A DNA stretch of 64,000 nt from Octopus sinensis. Its lineage: Eukaryota. A model generated the notes under the pieces. That model saw only the letters and a list, made by a program, of their open reading frames with translations, was not told the DNA's origin and ran no database searches. Within the stretch, counting starts at the first letter, position 1. Each line of letters begins with the position of its first letter. Shown here piece by piece: positions 42,201 to 50,404 of this stretch. Made by a program: the position numbers and the translations under genes. The DNA is taken from NCBI RefSeq assembly GCF_006345805.1, contig NC_043013.1, forward strand, positions 26,164,001 through 26,228,000, given 5' to 3'.

Positions 42201-45200
42201 CTACTAATAGAATATAATTTAAAGGAACATGTCACATTCAGAGCCAACAAAGTCATTGTATGTTACTCTGTCTTTGATGCATTTTATACATTGACAGATT
42301 TGGCTGAGATAATGGAGGTATACAGAGAAGGGTAAGACTAGTTATGAGACAGTAGAAGAAATGGTGAACTGTGTGTTGAGGATACAGGGTTTAACAAAAC
42401 TATGCAGGATCAAGAAGGATTGTGATATATAATATAAGGAGATTATTCTGACGTGATTGATGGGTCATTGACCACTCATTAGAGGATAAGTACTTCCTCA
42501 TTCATTGCAGATGGATGCACGGTATGCAGAATAGTCTACATAAGACAGTTAAGTTCTGATCTATGCAACAATGTGTCAGCACAGAAAAATAGATGTTCAA
42601 ATGATAACGATGATGTTTCATAGTATTTATCATATTGGTTGTTTTATACAAAGCACATGAGAACAATTTTATGGAAAGAGAAATACTAAGTCATGATAAC
42701 TTCTTATTTTCCTTCAAACAGAAACTGAAACTAGGACTTGAAACTGAGAATTAAACCCAGGTCAATGTCTCAGTTCACTGGATGTTTATCTCCCAGTGTA
42801 AGGGGTTTATAACTACATTCTTCAAAGTCTTTCCTCCATTATTTATGAAACCAATACCATTCAACTTTCATATTATACTCTCTGATTATTTTTCTGTCTT
42901 TCACATTAAATAGAAACCATGGCAAAGCAGACATCAGAGCTGAATACAGTCCTCCAAATCATTAGATCTTACTGAACTGTCCTACCTATGTTAATAAAGA
43001 AGATAAAGGTTAAATGATGATATTATATAAACATAATGCACAACACTGCATGTATTTGAAAACCGAGATGAATTTTAAAGGGATTGAACATCACTTTATT
43101 GAAACCTTCACTATGAAACTTTAAACAGATGCAAATACACATTGTTGGTATATTCACAGACAAAAATAAAAGCAATTATCTAGGTATATTTCATGGTTCA
43201 TTGATGAGTAATCAATGAACAAGTTACAGCCCTCATCTTTCTGTCCACAAATATAACTTGCAACAATTCCTATTTAAATCAAACACAACAAATATTCAGC
43301 TGTAATGAATGAAAACATTTACATGTAATGTATTTGTTGGTGATTAAATGATTAATGAATATTAATGCACAATTCACAGTGTATCAGAAACCAAAGATAA
43401 ACAGATGTAAATACACCTTGTTATGCTCTTCATATACAGAAAAAAATAAAGGAGATTATCCTGATGTGATATTTCATTTAGGCCAGATGAGGGATTAAGC
43501 CATATTGTGCTCCACTTTCTATATCTGTGCAGCTATGGCACTTGTTTACGTTGAAAATTGACTCTATATTTATATCTGCTTTTATTCAATGCATCATTAT
43601 GAAAAGTTGCCTTATTTAATAAAATGTTAGATATTCTTTCACTCATGTAATCAATTAATACTTCTAAGTATTAATAGTAGGGTGGTTAAAATTATCATTG
43701 ATGTACATACTTGTTTTTCATTCAGTTTTCTGCAGCATTGATAATCATTTGTCTGAATGTTAATTATTACCAGTTTGGCTGATAATGTGCAAAACTGCAA
43801 AGATCTAATCTAAAGCTTAATTTTTTTTTTAGCATATCTTTTAGAATATATAGAGCATGTATCTCAACTCTTTCCAAACAATCCATATCGCATCAAAGAT
43901 ATACCGTATATCTATCATTCACGCAGAATTGTCACCAAAAAATAGGTATTTCCTGGAATATATGTCTATATACATATATTCTTTTATTTGTTTCATTCAC
44001 CTGATTGTGGCCATGCTGAATCATTGCCTTGAAAGTAAGACCTGTGTTTTATATATATATATATACATGCACACACAAGTAAAACATGTGTGTGTGTATA
44101 CACACATACACATTTTGTCAACACACACACACACACACTCGGAATGCTCACAGCAGCCATATTCCTACCACTCTATGTCACACTGGTGAGACCCATATTG
44201 GAGTATGGGATTCAAGCCTCTTCTCCTTATCTCCTCAAAGACATACAGCATCTCGAAAGAGTCCAGAAGCTGGCTACCTGCATGGTTCATGGTCTCAAAA
44301 ATTTGTCCTACGAAGAAAGGCTGAGGACGCTCGACCTTTATTCTCTTGAAAAACGCCGCCGCCGTGGTGATCTCATTCTCGCCCACAACATCATAAGCGG
44401 AAAGTGTAACCTCTCGAAAGAGCTGTTCTTCACTCCTGCTCCAGAGCGTCGGCTGCGGGGTCATTCCGGAAAGCTCTACCTGCAACGATTTCATCTCAAT
44501 CGAAGGAGAGGAGCTTTCTCCGTCCGGGTTGCGGATCCGTGGAACAAGCTGCCAGACGAGATGGTGAAGATGCCGACGACCGCTTTGTTCAAAGCCTCCC
44601 TGGACCTCAAGTGGCCTGAACTCTTTACATGAACACCACCCTGTACTTAACTCCATGTCCCCCTACATGGCCTTGCTATTTGCTTTTGAGCCAAATTAAC
44701 TAACTAACTAACTAACATATATGTGCAGCACTGTTTCTTGCCTTCCAGGGAGGTCTTTTAATGCATTATAGAAAAAAAAGCAGCAAAGATATAATGTACA
44801 TAAAGATATAAAGAACATCATAATAATATCTATAAAATTGGGAAATTTTACAAAAAGACTACTTAAAGATCTTTGATTAACAAATTTATGCATCTCAGGT
44901 GCAATCCAAGTTCTTATCAGATTTTACATGCATTTATACAACCATCATACATCCATCATGACTGATGTACTTGTACAAGTGCACATCAGCACTTATGGCA
45001 AAATAGCAGCTCTTGCAAATAATGTTAAAAATACTAACTGGGCTACTAATACAAAAATTAATACCAATATGAAAAATAGTAACTGGTTTTACCATTACAA
45101 GAAATAGTATCCAGTACTAATCCAGTATACAAGAATCTGCTCTACCAATATGATAAACAGTAACCTGTTCTACCAAAATGAAAATAGTCACCTCTGCTAC

Positions 45201-45975
45201 CTTTATGAAAATTAGTAGCTCATTCTACCAATATGAAAAATAGTAGCTTGTTCTAAAAAGTTTGAAAGCAGCTTATAAAAAAATAGTTGGTTCAACCATT
45301 ATGTAATACAGTAGTTATCTCTAGCAATAGGAAAAATATAGTTTGCTCTGTGACTATGTAAAATAGTAAACTGATCCATCAACATGAAAAATAGAAGGTT
45401 GCTCAATCAATTTGAAAAATGTTTGCCTGCTTTATTCATCTGCAAAATTTATACACTGCTCTACATATATGAAAAATAGGAACCATCTGTACAATGCTAT
45501 ACTGAAAAATATGTTAAGATATTCATAAACGAAATTTATAATGTTGCTGTTAATACAGAGTCATTATTGAAATTCCAAACTACTCATCGGTCATAATTTA
45601 TAAAAACAGAAATAATAAAATTAATGAAAAATATAAGATAATACTTTTTTTGGTTGCTCTTTGGATTCTGGAGATTGTTGTCCCCATAATGTATCATTTG
45701 TTGTTATATCTAACATTGGTACTGACTCATATTGAGAGGTTGGTGATCTGCAAAAAATGAACCAAGGAGGAAGTTTAAGATTAGTAAAGTTTATTTGTCA
45801 TATGGGAAAGGCAAATGTGGATACAACTTGGCACCAGTGACATCACAACTCATTTCTACAGCTGAGTGAACTGGAGCAATGTGAAATAAAGTGCCTTGCT
45901 CAAGAACACAACACACAGCCCGGTCTGGGAATTGAATTCACTACCTCATGATTGTGAACCCTGTGACATAGTTAG

Positions 45976-46017
<42 letters not shown>

Positions 46018-46318
46018 TGTGTGTGTGTGTGTGTGATATATTTTCACTCCTCCCACCATTGTCCACCTTCTTTTGTCTCCTTTCCTTCTACACAAATGAT
46101 TGTTACTCACAAGAAAAAATATATACAAATACAGGTAGCATATTAAAGAAATAGGTGTAGGAGTGGCTGTGTGGTAAGTAGCTTGCTTATGAACCACATG
46201 GTTCCAGGTTCAGTCCCACTGTATGGTACCTTGGGCAAGTGTCTTCTACTATAGCCTCGAGCCAACCAAAGCCTTGGGAGTGGATTTGGTAGACGGAAAC
46301 TGAAAGAAACCCATTGTG

Positions 46319-46370
<52 letters not shown>

Positions 46371-48109
46371 GTGTGTGTATATGTTTGTGTATCTGTATTT
46401 ATCCCCCCAACATTGCTTGACAATCGATGTCCCCATAACTTAGCAGTTTGGCAAAAAGATATCAATAGAATAAGTACTAGGCTTACAAAGAATAAGTCCT
46501 GAGGTCGATTTGCTCAACAGTCAAATGACTGAAACAAGTAAAAGAGTAAAAGAGTAAATTGATGATTAACATCATTACAATAAACAATGTCATTTTTCAT
46601 ACTGAAGAACTGCAACTACTTTTCTCTTGTCAATGAAAAACTACATTCTGTTCCCAAAGCTGGATCCAATGATTCTGCTGATGTCTTTGAAAGAACTAAC
46701 TGGAACACTAAGTCATTTAATTCTATGTCAGCAGGCTGTTTTGTTCTCCGTGCTCCTCTTCAAGGTACAGCACTCCAGTTCATTGAAAACATTTAACTTA
46801 TTAGACACAGGAACATTCACTTCCGCCCAATGAGGTACAGTTTTAAATGTCAAGGGCAAATCTAGGTAATCAATTTTCAGCTTGTATCCAGCATGCAAAT
46901 AATACAAAAATAGCAATTTTCAAGATGATTTATCAGTTCTCATCAAACTATTGGCACAACAAAATGTTATCTGGAAAGGTTTGTCTACTTACTTATCATC
47001 AGAAGATGTCATAGTGTGTTTCCCTTTTCTTTCTCTTCTTCCAAACTAAAAAATATAACAAAATGTTAATTGCCACAAGATAAGATGGAATTAGAATTTC
47101 TATTTGTTAGAAACAAGATTTAAGTAAAATGTATGTTTAAAGGAGGAAGTATATAAGTAACAATAGCAAGAAATAAATAAAGAATGACCACTTCCAAAAT
47201 CCAACTACACACAGATATAGACACAGAAAATCCATTTACACAAAGGATATTTTTATTTTCAATTTAGCTGTTGAGACCTAAACATATTTAGTATCACTGC
47301 TTTCAAATGAAGATCTACAATCACATCTAAAACTATTGTATTTTTATAAAGTTCAGTATTTATGATATCATTGTAAATCCTTTAACATTTTATTACTTTA
47401 GATACAATTCAGAGTATTGGCCAGTAAAGGACCATTCTGTCAGTTTATTAATTTTAACTTGACACTAAGTGTGTATGTAGATTATACTATCCTTAATATT
47501 TGAACAATATCACAGGAAATGTTTGTACATATTAAATGTATTGATATGTTAAAAACTTTTGAGAGCAAAAGTATTGCTTGATGCTGAAGAGATACTCAAA
47601 TCTTTGATCATACACTAGTCTATGTGAAGTATGTAGGAAAAGAGTTGAATGTATGACCTACAAACTCAATTTGCCAATTTAGAGGCCCATTTAACCAAGT
47701 TAGTTTATCACTTATTTAGGTGAAAATAAAGGGATAGTAAACTTTGAAGGCCTGATACATTGGTTTGGTTTCATGAAATAAATTAGAGATGACACCACTA
47801 CCACCATGGGATAGTAGGATACACATCTAAATCTATAGGACAGTACATTTAGAACTAACTTATGTAACATGTTCTTTTTTTAAGATGGTAAAGTGTAATA
47901 TATATATTGGATATCATAGTCCCAGATACGCTATGTCTAAAAGGTTTGTAATGATCATTGCTATAATACTACTTGTCATAAATCTGTTTCATGTGAACAG
48001 AATATGGGTTAAACAACAGTAACAGCAATAATATGCACAGACTCGTTCACATTTTTTGTTTTCTGCTCTTCTTACTTTCAATACTTACCTGTCTATTTCT
48101 ATCAGGCAT
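3096..48109 (-). CDS. TRPM: TRPM-family (melastatin) TRP channel gene, 5' portion, about 21 coding exons; continues beyond the left edge
   Basis: Spliced translation gives TDAFGEVKFVG..FVRAD..LPKLLISVTGG..GAWILSAGLHTGVVK..LDPNHSHFFLVDDG..FGVEIDFRKTLE..IPAVAVMVGGGPGTL..IPVVIVKGSGRAADVLA..FDVVVLKALFK..LRLALEWNRIDIAK..ALRDDRVGFVKLFMEHGV, the hallmark TRPM MHR/SLOG motifs in the correct order. All junctions are GT-AG with matching phases. The subfamily cannot be assigned from this part alone. Confidence 0.93.
3373..3507 (-). CDS. TRPM: TRPM exon, 135 nt, phase 0-0: TGTLNNFMLFALRDDRVGFVKLFMEHGVSFKELLAEENIESLFRM
   Basis: Matches the TRPM AL..DRV.FVKL..E.GV motif; ctcag| acceptor and |gtaagt donor. 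Confidence 0.95.
5300..5740 (-). mobile_element. Purine/pyrimidine-skewed relic, possibly Penelope-like
   Basis: LCHPTLSLLYHTLSENFSYLLS resembles the PLE L.YHP.L...I...F..L..D region; a similar skewed tract lies at 28590-29330. Confidence 0.3.
5999..6096 (-). CDS. TRPM: TRPM exon, 98 nt, phase 1-0: (V)NNNKFEKLRLALEWNRIDIAKNELFTEEFLWP
   Basis: TRPM L.LAL.WNR.DIA motif; ttacag| and |gtaaga. Confidence 0.95.
6225..6400 (+). mobile_element. tRNA-derived SINE family (gagctggcagaatc..ttctgagttcaaattc..ggggtcgataaa..agtaccagt); other copies at about 12705-12830(+), 12975-13125(-), 27030-27160(+), 27305-27515(+), 38195-38310(-)
   Basis: Several mutually similar copies with A-box/B-box-like heads (gagttcaaattc). 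Confidence 0.75.
8022..8218 (-). CDS. TRPM: TRPM exon, 197 nt, phase 2-1: SFPKLLQRKLENIKEII...LVTLFESGSAEEFDVVVLKALFK
   Basis: Matches the TRPM ..D.D.AIL.ALLK motif; phases fit both neighbours; the acceptor (aataag|) is weaker. Confidence 0.88.
8339..9513 (+). mobile_element. 5'-truncated RTE LINE: ORF C-terminus, 3' UTR with about six 62-bp tandem units, (GAT)n tail
   Basis: ORF 8347-8703 RNEASMLRWMC..RRLRWYGHVARM..RGRGRPRKTW; repeat unit starts at 9031, 9093, 9155. Confidence 0.93.
10733..10821 (-). CDS. TRPM: TRPM exon, 89 nt, phase 0-2: GSGRAADVLADAYQTVLENVNENSKDITD
   Basis: GSGRAAD motif; attag| and |gtttgt. Confidence 0.93.
13430..13539 (-). CDS. TRPM: TRPM exon, 110 nt, phase 1-0: TEVKIPAVAVMVGGGPGTLKSVYDSISRNIPVVIVK
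   Basis: SLOG IP.V...V.GGPGT..PVV motif; ttttag| and AAG|gtcagt. Confidence 0.95.
13851..14225 (-). mobile_element. tRNA(Arg)-like-headed SINE (octopus OR-type)
   Basis: Minus strand reads gcaatagcccagtggttagggcagtggacttgcggtcgcaggatcgtggttttgattcc, followed by a non-tRNA body; the family name is from memory. Confidence 0.7.
14693..18440 (-). mobile_element. Near full-length RTE LINE (APE endonuclease, RT, PHD finger, 3' UTR 67-bp repeats, (GAT)n tail), inactivated
   Basis: APE motifs VGTLNV..MQEVRW, VAGDFNGHVG, SQIDYIL; RT motifs QFGF.PG.STTDAIF, AFVDMEKAFDRV, GVHQGSVLSPLLF; YADD Tyr codon is TAG (about 16324); several frameshifts. Confidence 0.95.
19000..19480 (+). mobile_element. Helitron PIF1-type helicase relic
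   Basis: Translations across frameshifts: CYMIVLDLSTMVNKRALEALDKSMKD, VLLSRDFHQTHPEIQKVTRTNKIHACLK, FRNLRANLLGD, collinear with Helitron helicase motifs (IIWDE.TM..K.A.EA.D, LL.GDFRQ.LP, L..NMR). Confidence 0.72.
19972..20149 (-). CDS. TRPM: TRPM exon, 178 nt, phase 0-1: GSWPAEYYITDDESCSKTCPLDPNHSHFFLVDDGTSDTFGVEIDFRKTLENAIVQNKIQ
   Basis: LD.NHSHF.LVD.G motif; tctag| and AAG|gtaagt. Confidence 0.96.
20865..21690 (-). mobile_element. Degenerate RTE 3' fragment with tail
   Basis: Homologous to 14693-15730. Confidence 0.8.
21765..21920 (-). mobile_element. CORE-like SINE fragment (another at about 45820-45965)
   Basis: ttcttgagcaa..cacttt..cattgctcyagtycactcag, CORE-like segment behind a tRNA-like head. 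Confidence 0.55.
22035..22930. mobile_element. Two convergent mariner 5' ends: + copy about 22035-22320, - copy about 22318-22930
   Basis: Both begin with a TIR like CAAGGTCTGATCAATAAGTATCCAGACT; MTEKTEQRISIKFCQKLG on +; AYAKLQKVYGEE..ITIHELSEDVQIS..VSAKFVPKLL on -. Confidence 0.8.
23040..23990 (+). mobile_element. Degenerate RTE RT/C-terminal fragment with tail
   Basis: LYVDDL, FCYL.DQISSG, KRLHWFGQMIQM; (GAT) tail. Confidence 0.75.
24060..24223 (-). CDS. TRPM: TRPM exon, 164 nt, phase 1-0: AWILSAGLHTGVVKYTGKAI...LVTISVAPWNSVRNKDTLKKKD
   Basis: GAWI..G..TGV.K and IGIAPW-like motifs; tgcag| and |gtaaaa. Confidence 0.94.
25380..26500 (+). mobile_element. L1/Tx1-clade ORF2 C-terminal relic
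   Basis: VLAYVDDIMLIVS..ARINLNK..NWDEFTSRVASLTQKW..LFHFLWKG, plus a decayed C-terminal zinc-finger region; many stops. Confidence 0.7.
27171..27303. repeat. Compound trinucleotide microsatellite (ACT)n(TTG)n(TGG)n(TAT)n
   Basis: Read directly. Confidence 0.97.
27560..27740 (-). CDS. TRPM: TRPM exon, 181 nt, phase 0-1: FVRADHETSMETMIYLIEKMWSLSLPKLLISVTGGRKDFLLSSHLKEAFGYGLVKAARST
   Basis: W.L..PKLLISVTGG..F motif; tacag| and CAG|gtatag. Confidence 0.96.
28093..28314. mobile_element. piggyBac-like MITE
   Basis: ttaa|CCCTTTCAATACCA ... TGGTAACAAAAGGG imperfect TIRs; TTAA on the left, decayed on the right. Confidence 0.6.
29440..31190 (-). mobile_element. Old, internally deleted RTE relic (APE and C-terminal parts)
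   Basis: MKGKSGIEMLKQRHV..IQEVRWR, IMVGDFNGYVG, homologous to 17500-18100. Confidence 0.75.
31477..31588 (-). CDS. TRPM: TRPM exon, 112 nt, phase 2-0: YAFDRCISDEEEVSSPSESTDAFGEVKFVGYGRKIAK
   Basis: TDAFG.I.F motif that opens MHR1; tttag| and AAG|gtaatt. Confidence 0.93.
32355..32720 (-). mobile_element. CR1/L2-type LINE C-terminal relic
   Basis: FSLTGPALFNIFPKQIK..FKCNLDKFLQVMPDKP, a typical CR1-group ORF2 end. Confidence 0.65.
33274..33323 (-). CDS. TRPM: TRPM N-terminal extension exon B4, 50 nt, phase 0-2: SEVETSSEESFGSDDE(M)
   Basis: ttttccag| and |gtaagtatatagtcat; only one open frame, which fits both neighbours. Confidence 0.8.
35434..35494 (-). CDS. TRPM: TRPM N-terminal extension exon A5, 61 nt, phase 2-0: FSRGRLVMLASTAGKQQRRE
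   Basis: catttcag| and GAG|gtagca; upstream intron is homologous to the A2 acceptor flank. Confidence 0.62.
36116..36211 (-). CDS. TRPM: TRPM N-terminal extension exon A4, 96 nt, phase 2-2, Pro/Ser-rich: TSSPTSPTSPQPSSPLPQPQLPQPSPLSPSP
   Basis: ttatcag| and |gtaatg; GC-rich, coding-like island in AT-rich intron. Confidence 0.72.
37710..37750 (-). CDS. TRPM: TRPM N-terminal extension exon B3, 41 nt, phase 0-2: VVEKAENSGSEDE(W)
   Basis: taatag| and |gtaagtatatagtcat. Confidence 0.75.
39143..39230 (-). CDS. TRPM: TRPM N-terminal extension exon A3, 88 nt, phase 2-0: PPMILKKHREGSEQELNDIINVIRKHTTK
   Basis: tttttcag| and AAA|gtaatt; open frame with fitting phases. Confidence 0.75.
39965..40017 (-). 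CDS. TRPM: TRPM N-terminal extension exon B2, 53 nt, phase 0-2: EGEEETKCGNGFSPFDK(R)
   Basis: cattttag| and GAG|gtaagtatatagtcat. Confidence 0.78.
40407..40503 (-). CDS. TRPM: TRPM N-terminal extension exon A2, 97 nt, phase 2-0, basic: PHQATSKKRVKRYGVKKRIVQPKILNAGKSRE
   Basis: ttttgcag| and GAA|gtaaat; open frame. Confidence 0.75.
44140..44717 (+). mobile_element. 5'-truncated CR1-clade LINE, intact ORF2 end plus (TAAC)n tail
   Basis: LYVTLVRPILEYG..LERVQKLAT..LSYEERL..L.L.SLEKRR.RGDLI..RGH..FS.RV..WNKLP; 3' UTR ends in taactaactaac. Confidence 0.92.
44977..45011 (-). CDS. Candidate exon B1, 35 nt (41 nt with the donor at 44971), phase 0-2: SCYFAISADVH
   Basis: Sits at the module position expected for a B exon and supplies the required phase, but the donor is a degraded form of the shared motif (gtacaagtacatcagtcat). 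Confidence 0.35.
45030..45480. repeat. Degenerate 28-bp minisatellite (ctaccaatatgaaaaatagtagcttgtt); paralogous arrays at about 42160-42210, 40120-40330, 38850-39060, 38430-38640
   Basis: Unit starts at 45142, 45170, 45198, 45225. Confidence 0.8.
45645..45747 (-). CDS. TRPM: TRPM N-terminal extension exon A1, 103 nt, phase 2-0: SPTSQYESVPMLDITTNDTLWGQQSPESKEQPKK
   Basis: ttttttgcag| and AAA|gtatta; acceptor flank homologous to A2. Confidence 0.72.
46152..46545 (+). mobile_element. SINE (ggtgtaggagtggctgtgtggtaag..ggttcagtcccact..accttgggcaagtgtcttc) with internal (TA)n; a - copy at about 59030-59262
   Basis: tRNA-like head plus CORE-like ccttgggcaag segment; more than one copy. Confidence 0.75.
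46993..47045 (-). CDS. TRPM: TRPM N-terminal extension exon B0, 53 nt, phase 0-2: FGRRERKGKHTMTSSDD(K)
   Basis: tatttttag| and |gtaagt; the other two frames contain stops. Confidence 0.72.
48089..48109 (-). CDS. TRPM: Putative start-codon exon, MPDRNRQ (exon probably 48089-48147 including 5' UTR)
   Basis: CAG|gtaagt donor in phase 0; ATG at 48109 with an in-frame upstream TGA in the same exon. Confidence 0.6.
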
Positions 48110-48769
48110 ATTTTCAAATTTATTTTCGTTTTGTCTTCAAATTCTTTCTAGTTAATTTGAATTTTCTTTCTAAAAATACAAAAATAGAGTTTTAAATGAG
48201 AGTCAATGAAATTAAAAGAACCTCTCTGTATTTATAATAATTTTAAACTTTTCTTAATTCATTTTATCTTTCCTCTTTCAATAAATGAAGCCCTAAGACA
48301 CTCATGTCGAGAAATGAGGGGTGAAAGACAAACAGTGAGTATTTATATCTTCTCTAGTCTAAGCAGCAATGCTGATATTGAATGGGTTTTTTCAATAATG
48401 ATCTCATCTGAAAAAAATTGAAGAGAAAATATTGGCAAGTAGACTTGATTGCAGTAAAGCTCTAAATATGTAAAAACTTCTCAGAACAAAGATTAGCCAT
48501 GTTGCAAAAGACTCTTGGCCAAATGAAAATCCCTGGAGGCAACATGTAAAAGTAAAAAAAACGTGATTGCTATAACAAGAAATTTCAGTCTGTATTCAGT
48601 GACCAGGAATATATTTTAAAAACTGCAAAATTATGAATCATTGAAGAGGAAAAGGGCACAAGAGAAAATCCTTGATTAATAATTAAATAAGTCACAGAAT
48701 AAAAGGGGGTATTTTAGAATTATTAATAAAATAACGGAAGCAAAAATAATCACTTATTGTTTTTGTAAA

Positions 48770-49170
48770 TATGGCACCCGTACCACTGTCACATAAAAGG
48801 CACCATTCAAACATGGCCAATGCTAGTGCTGCTTCACTGGTTCCTATGCCAGTGGCACATAAAAAGCACCATTCGAGCATGGCTGATGCCAGTGAAACCT
48901 GACTGGTACTCATGCTGGTGGCACATAAAAAGCAACATTTGAGCATGGTTGATGCCAGTGCCACCTAAGTAGCTCCTGTGCGTATGGCATGTAAAAAGCA
49001 CCCACTACACTCTTGGAATGGTTGGCATTAGGAAGGGCATCCAGCTGTAGAAACCATGCCAGATCAGATTGGAACTTGGTGCAGCCTCCTGGCTTGCCAG
49101 TCCTCTGTCAAACTGTTTATCCCATGCCAGCATGGAAAGCAGATATTAAACAATGACAATAATGATGATT
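48770..49170 (+). mobile_element. RTE 3'-UTR-only copy; similar tails at about 4560-4780(-), 12190-12480(-), 28380-28580(-), 34290-34660(-), 41360-41490(+)
   Basis: Shared ggaagggcatccagctgtagaaa motif and (GAT)n tail. Confidence 0.75.
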
Positions 49171-49837
49171 TACATTTTACAATGCAATACAGAGACAGGT
49201 AGACAGACATATACACACACGTTTAATTGTGCCAAATGAATGAGGAAAGAGGCCTCAATACATTTACATTTTGTGAAGTATCCAGTTTATTGAAATAATG
49301 TTTTTCCTGTGACTTGAGTCTTATGCCTTCAGTGGAATAGAACTCGAATTATTAGGCCACTACTTGTTCAGAAGATACCTGTTTAACCTGTTTCTGAAAT
49401 CTTACATAAATTCTTTTATTATTAACTTGTTACTTATGGTCATGAACGGGCAGACACCATCTTTTATTCACCTCATGTTTCTAAACAATTCACAATAATA
49501 ATGCTATGCATTTGTATCTAAGCAGAGAGCTGTTCAATTCAATGTCACTTGTGGAGATTGCAACCAATTCAAGGATCAAATGGGATTTGAGAGAGTTACT
49601 CAGACTGTACACTTTATTGTCAATCATCACACATAAAGAAAACACAAAGTCTACATTTTGTGTCTGGAGTTTGTTACAAATGCCCAAGCCAGGATTGCAA
49701 ATAATTCCATCACATAAGGAAAAGACAACTGCAACAATGACAGATACTTGCTATTGTATTTGTGGTGGTTAAAATTTTAATCATGTCAGAGTTTGTCCTA
49801 CGAAAGGATCTTGTGAGTAAAATCAATTTTCAGAGAT

Positions 49838-50168
49838 CATCATCATCATCATCATCATTTAACGTCCGCTTTCCATGCTAGCATGGGTTGGATGGTTCAA
49901 CTGGGGTCTGGGGAGCCCGAAAGCTGCACCAGTCCAGTCAGATCTGGCAGTGTTTCTACAGCTGGATGCCCTTCCTAACGCCAACCACTCCGAGAGTGTA
50001 GTGGGTGATTTTATGTGCCACCGACACAGGTGCCAGACGAGGCTGGCAAACGGCCATGCTCGGATGGTGTTTTTTATGTGCCACCGACACAGGTGCCAGA
50101 CGAGGCTGGCAGACGGCCACGCTCGGATGGTGTTTTTATGTGCCACCGACACAGGTGCCAGATGAGGC
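49838..50168 (-). mobile_element. RTE 3' tail with 62-63 bp repeats, inserted in the Merlin relic
   Basis: Near-identical to 9200-9513 in reverse complement. Confidence 0.85.
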
Positions 50169-50404
50169 TGAAATTCTTTCATCAAAAACCTAAGTAAAGT
50201 GGTAGATGTAAAATCATTGTAGAAATAGATGAATTATTGTTTCCCTGCGACACTGAGAAAATGGAAAAGAAACAGGTAAAAATTAAAGGTTACTAATGTG
50301 AAAGGAAAAGAGACTAACTGATATCAATGAAAGGCAAAAGTGCTGAGGTTTTAATTCCAATTGTTCTGGAATGGATTACTCCAGGATCTGTGATTTCTCA
50401 TAGC

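Noticed and set aside
42973-42985. 13-nt micro-exon-like tag|GTAGGACAGTTCA|gtaaga
   Set aside because: Phase 0-1 does not bridge A1 and A2; likely chance
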